Assembly (NCBI RefSeq): GCF_001194135.2
Contig: NC_068981.1
Location: 195,114,739-195,147,069 of the forward strand
From: Octopus bimaculoides
Lineage: Eukaryota
Direction: 5' to 3'
DNA: 32,331 nt
A program made the translations under genes and the position numbers. Shown piece after piece: positions 11,759-21,092 of this stretch (the stretch's first letter is position 1; every line of letters starts with the position of its first letter). The notes below the pieces were generated by a model. It did no database searches and was not told the origin of the DNA. It was given only the letters and a program-made list of their open reading frames with translations.

Positions 11759-11903
11759 TTCAAATTTTGGCACAAGGTTTGCAATTTCGGCAGTGGAGGT
11801 AAATAGATTACATCGACCCAGTATGCAACTGGTACTTATTTTATCGATCCAGAAAAGATGAATGGCAAAGTCGATCTCGACGGAATTTGAACTCAGAACG
11901 TAG
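11759..11903 (-). mobile_element. SINE family A (A1), 5'-truncated
   Basis: Same core and ccttgtgcc tail as neighbouring copies; head missing. Confidence 0.85.
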
Positions 11904-12324
11904 AGATTTCAAATAAATTGATAGATAAGCAAGCCGAAAGATAGACAAATAGATATATAAATGGGCATACAGGTAAAAAGATAGATAAAAATGTTTTTTG
12001 CATGTATATTTATATGAATTGATAAATTGTTTGATAGATTGACAGATGGACAAATAAATGGGGGAGAGATAAATAGATAGGTCGCTAGATGGACACCCTG
12101 GCAGAGAGATAGGTAGATAGAGAGACCGACTGAGAGACTGACAGAGTAAAAGATCGATAGATAGATAACTCATGCAAAAAAACATTTTTTTTTCGTTTAA
12201 ATAATTTCAATAATTAGTGGAGATATACTTTACTGCATGCAATGAGTACGTCTTTTTTTATCTTGAGTACAAATGTTCACCACTCCATACCATATCCGTA
12301 TCCATGCATACAAATACATTACAT

Positions 12325-12329
12325 TTATA

Positions 12330-12393
<64 letters not shown>

Positions 12394-12508
12394 NNNNNNN
12401 NNNNNNNNNNNNNNNNNNNNNNNNNNNNNNNNNNNNNNNNNNNNNNNNNNNNNNNNNNNNNNNNNNNNNNNNNNNNNNNNNNNNNNNNNNNNNNNNNNNN
12501 NNNNNNNN

Positions 12509-12540
<32 letters not shown>

Positions 12541-12591
12541 GATGTGCATGAATATATATGTATGCATATATTTATGCATATATGAATGCAT

Positions 12592-12655
<64 letters not shown>

Positions 12656-12950
12656 CTATCTATCTGTGTGTGTGTTGCATAAGTTTTGTCAAATTCATGT
12701 TGACTGGGACTTCAAGTTTCGCCTGACGGCATATTCAGCCAATCCATTTAACACACACACACACACACGCACATACACACACACACATGCATACGCACAC
12801 ACTCACTCACTCATACATTCGTCCATACCATTTACTTGTACAAACATAAATACACGCATATATGTGTCGGAGTGTGTGTACATGTGCGTCCACGCACGCG
12901 TGTGTGCGCGTGTTGTGCGTGTGTATGTGTGCGGTGCATGTTTGTGTGTG
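12325..12950. repeat. (CA)n, (TA)n, (TCTA)n, (TG)n microsatellites with N gap (12394-12508)
   Basis: Directly visible. Confidence 0.9.
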
Positions 12951-13653
12951 TATGTACGGCCACCACCACTCTACGACATGTATGGACGTAGTGGCGCCAG
13001 CGGTACGTTATTCCGTTAAGCGGGTAACAGAGTGTTTCATTATTAACAGCCAACTCAGACAACGTCCATTATCTTTGCCGTAATCACGTCAGTTCTTGTT
13101 CGCCACATACAATCTCTAGACAGCTTTATTTATTTATTCATATATATATTCTACCCCCACTTCTTATGCTCTAATTAGATTTACACACACCATCATTAAC
13201 ATCATCTTCATCGCCGCCGTCACCACCACCACCTTCAGCACCACCATCATTATCAATGTCATCTTTGTTTTCCACCAGCATCAACATCAACAACAACAAG
13301 ACCGATGACAATAACTAAAACAACCTTTGCATGTATTATATAATAATTTGTTTTTATTGTGTTGTAATTTGGGAGGGTCATAATGCTATTAATAAACACA
13401 TGCGCTCTTATTATCCGTGCTTCCTCACATAGATGAACTGATGTAATCTGTCAGTTCTTATTTTAGAATTAAAAGAGTTTTACTGAATGAAGAAATTACA
13501 GAAAACAGAATATTTTATTTTTGTATTCGGTCGTGTGTTGCGATATATTTTGTTCTATCTTGAGAGGGTCACTTTGCCAATAATAAACACACACACTGGT
13601 TCACTTTTACTTCTTTTACTATTATTAGTCTGTTGTATTGCATTGGGCTAGGA

Positions 13654-13854
13654 GACTCGTTAGCACGCCCGTTAGTAGCTTTTCGCCCTTGTTTATGTTC
13701 TGAGTTCAGATTCTAACGAGGTCGACTTTGCCTTTCATCCTTTTGCGGTCGATAAGAAGATAAGTACCATTTGAGCACGGGAGTCGATTTAACCAGCTTA
13801 ACCATTCCCCACAAATTGCTGGCCTTGTGCCAAAGTTGGAAATCGTTATTATTA
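13654..13854 (+). mobile_element. SINE family A (A1), diverged
   Basis: cgttagcacgcc...ttctgagttcagatt...gaggtcgactttgcctttcatcc...ggccttgtgccaaagttggaaatcgttattatt. Confidence 0.85.
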
Positions 13855-13863
13855 GTCAACTGC

Positions 13864-14035
13864 AAGGCCGCAAGCTGGCAGAATCGTTAGAGCGCCGGAG
13901 AAAATGCTTCTCGGCTTTTGCCCGTGTCTACGTTCCAAGTGAACTTACATCGGATAAGTCCTGGGATCGCTTTATTAGACTAAATGCGGAGCTCCAGCAT
14001 GGCCGCAGTCAAACTACTGAAACAATTAAAAAGAA
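13864..14035 (+). mobile_element. SINE A head (13864-13942) joined to a SINE B tail (13954-14035)
   Basis: aagctggcagaatcgttagagcgccggagaaaatgc is followed directly by ataagtcctgggatcg...gcggagctccagcatggccgcagtcaaactactgaaacaa. Confidence 0.7.
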
Positions 14036-14217
14036 AAAGAAGAAAGGAAAAAACAAGAATAAGGGAGATTTAGCTAGGGATACCTTCTGCATGAAGAACA
14101 AGTAGATAAGTCGGTAATTAAAACTTTCATTTTAATGAAGAGTTGAAAAACTTGGAAGCGAAATGTAAATTCTAAGTTTGAATTAAATCGAGGTCTTTGA
14201 TGACATCGAAGAAAACA

Positions 14218-14261
14218 ACACCTGATGACGGCCAGAGATAAAACCGATCGAAATGAAGTGT
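14218..14261 (+). ncRNA. Degenerate minimal hammerhead-like motif (probably dead)
   Basis: acac-CTGATGA-c-ggccag..ccgatc-GAAA-tgaa-gtgt. Core boxes and stem I (acac/gtgt) are present. Stem II has two mismatches and the UH cleavage site is lost. Confidence 0.35.
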
Positions 14262-14532
14262 GAAATACAAATATTGCAGCTTTTTCTTTTTTTCAGTTTA
14301 GGGAGTTTGCGAAGTTGTGAAGAATGAATAAATAAATAGGGCTGCCGTCTTACCGCTACTTTCTCGGCCCCTTTAAGGTAATTGAGTTCTAGAGATATGG
14401 GGTGAGATTGAAAGAAATAGATAGATAGAGAGAGAGAGAGAGAGAGGGAGAGAGAGGGAGAGAGGGGAGAGAGGGAGAGAGGGGAGAGAGAGAGAGAGAG
14501 AGAGNNNNNNNNNNNNNNNNNNNNNNNNNNNN

Positions 14533-14578
<46 letters not shown>

Positions 14579-14602
14579 GAGAAGAGCGTAAAAAAAAATG
14601 GT

Positions 14603-14712
14603 TGATTAGTACTTTATTTAGCGGCGCTGAAGGGATGAAAAGCAAAATCACCCTCGTCGGAATTCGAACTCAGTGCGGAGAAGACCGCAACAAATTCCGC
14701 AAGGTGTTCTAT
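14603..14712 (-). mobile_element. Highly diverged SINE family A fragment
   Basis: gggatgaaaagcaaaatcaccctcgtcggaattcgaactcag matches the family A core and B-box in reverse. Confidence 0.65.
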
Positions 14713-14827
14713 CCATCCAATAACTATGAGTTTCTTACAATTAGCACACACACACGCTAACACACAGTCTCTCTCTCGCTCTCTCTCTCTCTCAAACACA
14801 CACACACACACGCACTAACGCACACAT

Positions 14828-15277
14828 TGGTGTGTATGTATGTATGTGTGTGTGTGTATGTATTTGTGTATGTATGTGTGTATATATGTCTTTGTGTATG
14901 TATGTATGTGTGTATGTATGTGTGTGTGTGTATGTACGTGTATATATTTGTGTGTGTGCATGTTTGTGTGTGTATGTATGTATTTGTGTGTGTATGTATG
15001 TGTCTGCATGTATTCATGTGTGTGTATGTATGTATTTGTGTGTATGTATGTATGTATGTGTGTATACATGCATCTGTGTATGTATGTATGTTTGTATGTA
15101 AGCATATGTGTGTGTATGTATGTATGTATGTTTGTATGTATGTATGTATGTATGTATGTATGTGTGTATGCATGTGTGTGTACATATTTGTGTGTATGTA
15201 TGTATATATATGTATGCATGTGTGTATGTATGCATGTATGCGTGTTTGTGTTTGTTTGTATGTATGTATTTATGTGC

Positions 15278-15321
<44 letters not shown>

Positions 15322-15651
15322 TTGTTTATTCGGTCCGCAACACTTTTTAAGAAAGAAGAGAAAGTTTCACATTCTCAGATCTCGGATCGAATTGGAAGGA
15401 AGCAAGGGCGGCAGTTCTTGTAGGTGGCGCCAGGCTTCTGACAACAGACTACACCAATTCTGTAGAACATCAATGAATCCACTGTTCTACGCCATTCTCA
15501 GTGTGTATATATATGTGAGTGAATATTCATTTATACATACATACACATACATATGTATGTAGACATATACATATATGTTTATACACACACACACACACAC
15601 ACACGTACACACACACACACGCGTACACACACACACACACATATATGTGTG

Positions 15652-15692
<41 letters not shown>

Positions 15693-15920
15693 GTATATAT
15701 ACATATACATATATATATGTATATATACATATACATATATGTATATGTATATATATATACACATATACATATATATATGTTTACATATTTATGTATATAT
15801 ATATTATATATTATATATATATATATAAGTGTATATACATATACATATATATATATATATATATATACTCAAGCACACATATATATATTATGCTTATACA
15901 TACATATATGTATATATATA
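14828..15920. repeat. Long compound (TATG/TG)n and (TA/CA)n microsatellites
   Basis: Directly visible; one ~170-bp unique island at 15325-15500. Confidence 0.92.
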
Positions 15921-16673
15921 NNNNNNNNNNNNNNNNNNNNNNNNNNNNNNNNNNNNNNNNNNNNNNNNNNNNNNNNNNNNNNNNNNNNNNNNNNNNNNNN
16001 NNNNNNNNNNNNNNNNNNNNNNNNNNNNNNNNNNNNNNNNNNNNNNNNNNNNNNNNNNNNNNNNNNNNNNNNNNNNNNNNNNNNNNNNNNNNNNNNNNNN
16101 NNNNNNNNNNNNNNNNNNNNNNNNNNNNNNNNNNNNNNNNNNNNNNNNNNNNNNNNNNNNNNNNNNNNNNNNNNNNNNNNNNNNNNNNNNNNNNNNNNNN
16201 NNNNNNNNNNNNNNNNNNNNNNNNNNNNNNNNNNNNNNNNNNNNNNNNNNNNNNNNNNNNNNNNNNNNNNNNNNNNNNNNNNNNNNNNNNNNNNNNNNNN
16301 NNNNNNNNNNNNNNNNNNNNNNNNNNNNNNNNNNNNNNNNNNNNNNNNNNNNNNNNNNNNNNNNNNNNNNNNNNNNNNNNNNNNNNNNNNNNNNNNNNNN
16401 NNNNNNNNNNNNNNNNNNNNNNNNNNNNNNNNNNNNNNNNNNNNNNNNNNNNNNNNNNNNNNNNNNNNNNNNNNNNNNNNNNNNNNNNNNNNNNNNNNNN
16501 NNNNNNNNNNNNNNNNNNNNNNNNNNNNNNNNNNNNNNNNNNNNNNNNNNNNNNNNNNNNNNNNNNNNNNNNNNNNNNNNNNNNNNNNNNNNNNNNNNNN
16601 NNNNNNNNNNNNNNNNNNNNNNNNNNNNNNNNNNNNNNNNNNNNNNNNNNNNNNNNNNNNNNNNNNNNNNNNN

Positions 16674-17332
16674 GGTCCCAGCATGGCATCACAAAATTGC
16701 TGTGTACCGTGCATATGTACTGACATCACTCCTTTATTCATGTGAAACATGGACCCTTTACAAACGTCATGTAGGGTCCTTGAACGCCTTTATCAGAGAT
16801 GTCTGAGACACATTCTGAATGTAGGCTGGACCTTAAAAACTCCAGACACACAGGTCCTGAGGACAGCTGATATCTTGAGTATTGAGGCGATGGTGCACAG
16901 ACACCAGTTACGTTGGAATGGACATCTGATTGGAATGAAGGATAGCAGGATCCCTAAGCAGATGCTATATGGGGAACTTGTGAATAGAAAGAGATCCCGG
17001 CAGAAATCAAGGCTGAGATTTAACGGCTGACTAGGGGAGCGAAGCCTGTCATCGCCACAGATGGATCAAGCAGGTTAAGGAAGGGGTCGACACCTTTGAG
17101 AGAGCATGTATTCTGCATGAAGTACTTTAGCGTTCTGCTCAAAAGCATACTGCTTGTGTAGTGAATGGGGAAAGCTTGGTTCACAATGTTTGCAGTCGTG
17201 TATGTTTGTCAAGAGCAGGGCTCATTAGCCACCAACTGAGCCGCAAATGCAAATTATAAGTTAGTCCTGGAGGGCACAATGTACCTGAAGGTCAGCAATG
17301 GTCTTCCTTTGTCACGAGTGGACGGCCATCAT
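16674..17332 (+). mobile_element. 3' part of an RTE-clade (BovB-like) LINE: post-RT region, Zn-finger-like end, 3' UTR
   Basis: KIAVYRAYVLTSLLYSCETWTLYKRHV / LERLYQRCLRHILNVGW..PDTQVLRTADILSIEAMVHRHQLRWNGHLIGMKDSRIPKQMLYGEL / VCSRVCLSRAGLISHQLSRK; ends gtcttcctttgtcacgagtggacggccatcat. The 5' part is lost in the N gap. Confidence 0.92.
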
Positions 17333-17540
17333 GTATGTATGTATGTATGTATGTAAGTATGGATGGACGCATGGATGGATATCAGGTATAATATTTCTCT
17401 CTCTCACTCTCTCTCTCTCTTTCTCTCTCTCTCTGTCTATCTAATCTATGTACGTATCGCTGCGTGTTTGTGAGTATACACACACACACATGAACACACA
17501 CTCGCACCCACATGCAACACACATATGCCTACCTACTGAA

Positions 17541-17582
<42 letters not shown>

Positions 17583-18099
17583 TAATTTTCGGTGATTTTT
17601 CTTCGAGGATTTGTTTATCTCTTATCATGGAGCGATATTTAAATTATGCAAATCTATGTGTGTTGGTGGGATTGCGTGTTTGTATGCGTCAGGATTGGTG
17701 GGAAGAGACGCGTCCGCACGCGTGCGTTTATGGGCGTATCTTTGCAAGAATTTCAGAGTTTGAGTGTAGAGACACTTTCGGGTGGTATTGTGATAAATAT
17801 ATTCGTATATATTCGTTCTATGTTAATGGTTTTGAAGATGATGGTTACACTTAAGCATTCAAAGAGGTTATCATATCGTGAAAGGACAGACGATGTCAAA
17901 CAGGGACTATAGAAGTAAACATAAGAATACGAATATAAATATGCAGGTTCTATTGTTTGTATTATTGCAAGAGAGAGAAGGAGAGAGATGGGGAGAGGGC
18001 AGAGGAAGAGAGGGCGAGAGAGTTTCCATCTCTCTCTATATATGTATATATGTATGTATGTATGTATATATGTATGTATGTATGTACATATTTTAATCG

Positions 18100-18462
18100 T
18101 GGCACTCCGTCGGTTACGACGACGAGGGTTGTAGTTGATCGGATCAACGGAACAGCCTGCTTGTGAAATTAGCGTGCAAGTGGCTGAGCACTCCACAGAC
18201 ACGTGTACCCTTAACGTAGTTCTCGGGGAGATTCAGCGTAACACAGAGTGTGACAAGGCTGGCCCTTTGAATTACAGATATAATAGAAACGGGAAGGAAA
18301 AGTAAGAGAAGGCTATGGTGAAAGAGTACAGCAGGGTTCGCCGTCATCCCCTGCTGGAGCCTCATGGAGCTTTAGTTGTTTTCGCTCAATAAACACTCAT
18401 AACGTGCGGTGTGGAAATCGAAACCGCCATGCTACGACCGCGAGTCCGCTGCCCTAACCACC
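18100..18462 (-). mobile_element. tRNA-derived SINE family C
   Basis: RC head ggtggttagggcagcggactcgcggtcgtagcatggcggtttcgatttcc has a partial A box and a GTTCGANTCC-like B box. The body contains an 8-bp hairpin (cagcaggg/ccctgctg) and ends ...ccctcgtcgtcgtaaccgacggagtgcca. It may be one of the described octopus SINEs (OK/OR1/OR2); the assignment is untested. Confidence 0.8.
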
Positions 18463-19224
18463 GTATGTATGTATGCATGTATGTATGTTTCATGTATGTG
18501 TGTATATATGTATACATACATGCAGAGAGAGAGAAAGAAAGATGTCAGAAACCTTCCGCCACACACATATATAAATTATGAATTTGTGTCGCATGATTCC
18601 TGATGTGAAGTCGTGTGTTGAAACTGACATTGTTGTATTTCGGGGTAGTCATTTTTCTTGAGCCCACAGGTTAACTGTAAGGTTAGGGATATAGTGTATA
18701 GCTTACGATGTAAGCATGACGGTGCAGATGTATGATAACTTCTTACATTGCCGAGACAACACGCACCATAGGAGAACGTATAGGTGAACACTGGTGAGAG
18801 CTCAAAGAATAGAAAGGCTCAAGCAGAACATGGTAGCTCGGTCAATAGCATAGAGGTCAAAATATTATCAACGCATAGAACTGACACGATACCTAGACAG
18901 GTCACAGAGGCTACACACCTAACAATATAGAGACCTAGCCGCAACAGAAAACACAAATGGAACAATAACCTCCACCACCACACCACACCACACCACACAA
19001 CATGACAATTAAAGACTGCAGGGAGAAAAGAACAGATACAAACAGCGTAAAACACATACAATAGACATGTATACACATACCTATGATAGATATTTAAAAG
19101 AAATTAGACATAAAAAACTGTGTAAAGGGCATGGATACAAAAAGCATGGGAAGCGAACCCATATACATATACAAACAAACATATGGTAACTTCGCTGACA
19201 GCCGCAACGATATCAACAAGACGA

Positions 19225-19274
19225 GTAACAATGACAACAGCAACAGCGGTAACAACAATGGCAACAACAATGGC

Positions 19275-19312
<38 letters not shown>

Positions 19313-19320
19313 CTACCACG
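19225..19320. repeat. (AAC)n microsatellite inside the PLE 3' region
   Basis: Directly visible; source of the poly-N and poly-L ORFs. Confidence 0.95.
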
Positions 19321-19605
19321 ATGGCAGCAGCGTGGACGAAAACACAAACACAGTGAATTACGAGAACGGTGCAAAACGTCGGGTTCAAGGGTAGCAGCAG
19401 CGGAAAGAGCGTGGGGGACGGGGATAAAGGGAGCGTCATAGAGGTACTAGGAACAATGACACACACACACACACACGTATAGAGACACACACACGCACAC
19501 ACACGTATACAAACACCCCACACAGAGGCATGCATATATATGGAGACACATCATAGAAGAACAGAACGGAATAAGCAGAGCAAGAGCGCAGACGTAGAGG
19601 AAGAG

Positions 19606-19655
19606 TGTTGCTGAGGAGGTCACAGATGTGTGACGTGACGAAAGATTTCCGGACA
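19606..19655 (+). ncRNA. Minimal type I hammerhead ribozyme of the PLE class
   Basis: tgttg [CTGAGGA] g gtcac-agatgtgtgac-gtgac [GAAA] gatt [TC] cggaca. Both core boxes are intact, stem II has 5 bp, stem III is a near-palindrome (AGATTT), and stem I has 5 bp with one bulge. Predicted cleavage is after C19649. Confidence 0.7.
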
Positions 19656-19774
19656 ATGGACACGAGTTAGAATAAGAAAAGTAATAAACGAGTGAAGAGC
19701 GAATATATAGTACGTGTGTTTATTTAGAAAAAAATGACCGTCCCGAAATACAACAATATATGTATATATTTTTT

Positions 19775-20024
19775 TCTGAGAGACCCGCAACCAGCAGAAC
19801 TGAGAAAAACATGGCAGATGTGCGTGCAGCTGTGAAGGGAAATCGTCGAATCACCATCCTTGAGTTATCAGAGGATGTGCAGATTATTTACGGTTCAGTT
19901 CAGTCCATTATCACTGAAGATTTGGGGTATGAGACGTGTGTCTGCAAAGTTTGTGCCAAATCTGCTTTCAGCTGACGAAGATCTTCATTGTGTCGAGAGC
20001 GATGGGAAGTTTTTGAAAACTTTG
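19775..20024 (+). mobile_element. Mariner transposase internal fragment (second HTH to just before the first catalytic D), inverted relative to the adjacent 5' end
   Basis: SERPATSRTEKNMADVRAAVKGNRRITILELSEDVQIIYGSVQSIITEDLG-MRRVSAKFVPNLLSAD..DLHCVESDGKFLKTL is typical mariner sequence (GRP..S, DLG.RRV.AKFVP). Confidence 0.9.
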
Positions 20025-20264
20025 CGTGGGCCTCTGAGCAGGTATCACCAAGCTTGTGGTAAAATTTGATGCAGATTCTCTGCTCAACTTTCTCTGTTAT
20101 GGTCAAAGCGACGATCACACGCTACACACCTTCATTGCTAGCACTGCTGTAAATAGCGGAAGTGAGCTAGAATGTTAAAACTTGGTGCGCATGGGCAGCA
20201 GAGTTCAAGGTCTGTCTATTCCAAGCAGCTTCACTCTCCGGGAACGTATTGGACAGACCACGTA
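20015..20264 (-). mobile_element. Mariner 5' end: TA plus TIR, 5' UTR and transposase N-terminus
   Basis: RC begins ta-cgtggtctgtccaata... (mariner-type TIR after TA at 20263-20264) and encodes TEKVEQRICIKFYHKLGDTCSEAHAK. Confidence 0.85.
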
Positions 20265-20995
20265 GATTGCTGCCGGAAGGCCATGTGTGTGTGGTAGCAG
20301 GATTCCGTTCCTTGCTATACTTCACGAAAGAGTCAGATGTGGTTGTCGGAGAATTTCTTCCGAGTTCACCAGCCGCAATTTCTTATTTCTTTATTGCCCA
20401 CAGGGGGCTAAACATAGAGAGGACAAACAAGGACAGACAAAAGGCTTCAGTCGATTACATCGACCCCAGTGCGTAAATGGTACTTAATTTATCGACCCCG
20501 AAAGGATGAAAAGCAAAGTCGACCTCGGTAGAATTTGAACTCAGAACGTAACGGCAGACGAAATACCGCTAAACATTTCGCCCGGGGTGCTAACGTTTCT
20601 GCCAGCTCCCCCCTTTTATTAACCAGCCCCAATTTCTTGCCTACTAATTTCTGACGATTGCAACCCCGGGCATTACTATGTGTGGGGCGCGGCTGAGAAA
20701 TAAGACACTAACCGCTCAGCTTGCAACACCAAGGCCAAGCTGAGCGCCAAGATCATGGAAGTGTTCGAAAACCTTCTCAGGGACGCTCTGAGAAACATAT
20801 GCGACAAGTTCTAGAGCCGTATTGAGGCCACTGTGGAAGGTGAGGGAGGCCGATTGGTGTAAACTGTTATCTGCCAACCATAATCACGCTGATGTTTTTT
20901 TTTTTGAGTTTTTAAAAATGCTTTTATTTTTGCATAGGATACTGTGCTCATTTCGCCTTTTATGCAAACTGTCAAATTTAACCCGAACACACTGT
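20265..20995 (+). mobile_element. Tc1/mariner-superfamily DD37D (maT-like) transposon 3' fragment, interrupted by a SINE
   Basis: GRPCV..QDSVPCYTSRKSQMWLSENF..FTS|PNF..N..DCNPGHYYVWGAAEK*DTNRSACNTKAKL..RIEATVEGEGG. The spacing from QQD to the (now mutated) NPxD position reconstructs to 37 residues. A putative TIR end cgaacacactgt lies at ~20995. Confidence 0.8.
20385..20613 (-). mobile_element. SINE family A, tail type A2, full length with 17-bp target-site duplication
   Basis: Flanks are accagccgcaatttctt (20368-20384) and accagccccaatttctt (20622-20638). RC tail is ttgtctgtccttgtttgtcc...ttagccccctgtgggcaataaagaaataag. Confidence 0.93.
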
Positions 20996-21092
20996 TCATA
21001 CATACATACATACATACATACATACATACATACATACATGCACACATGCACACGCATATATGTATATATATGTATATGTGTGAGTGTATATG

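Larger units (their letters stand above)
18600..19757 (+). mobile_element. Penelope-like element (PLE), 5'-truncated: GIY-YIG endonuclease remnant plus 3' terminal region, with an inverted terminal fragment at the 5' end
   Basis: 18670-18960 translates, with frameshifts, to NCKVRDIVYSLRCKH / YIAETTRTIGERIGEHW / IEVKILSTHRTDTIPRQVTEATHL..RNRKHKW. This matches the PLE GIY-YIG signature C....VY...C....YIGET.R.L..R..EH. A hammerhead lies downstream, and 18629-18658 is an inverted copy of 19726-19757. Confidence 0.82.

Noticed and set aside
15440-15505. GPCR TM7-like peptide (TSMNPLFYAILS) and an 8-bp hairpin gtagaaca/tgttctac
   Set aside because: The upstream residues are hydrophilic with no TM helix or other exons; an NPxxY match and an 8-bp stem are both expected by chance.
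18400-18462. tRNA gene calls for the SINE heads (also 11300-11372, 28554-28650)
   Set aside because: No complete cloverleaf: acceptor and anticodon stems do not pair, and each head continues into a SINE body.
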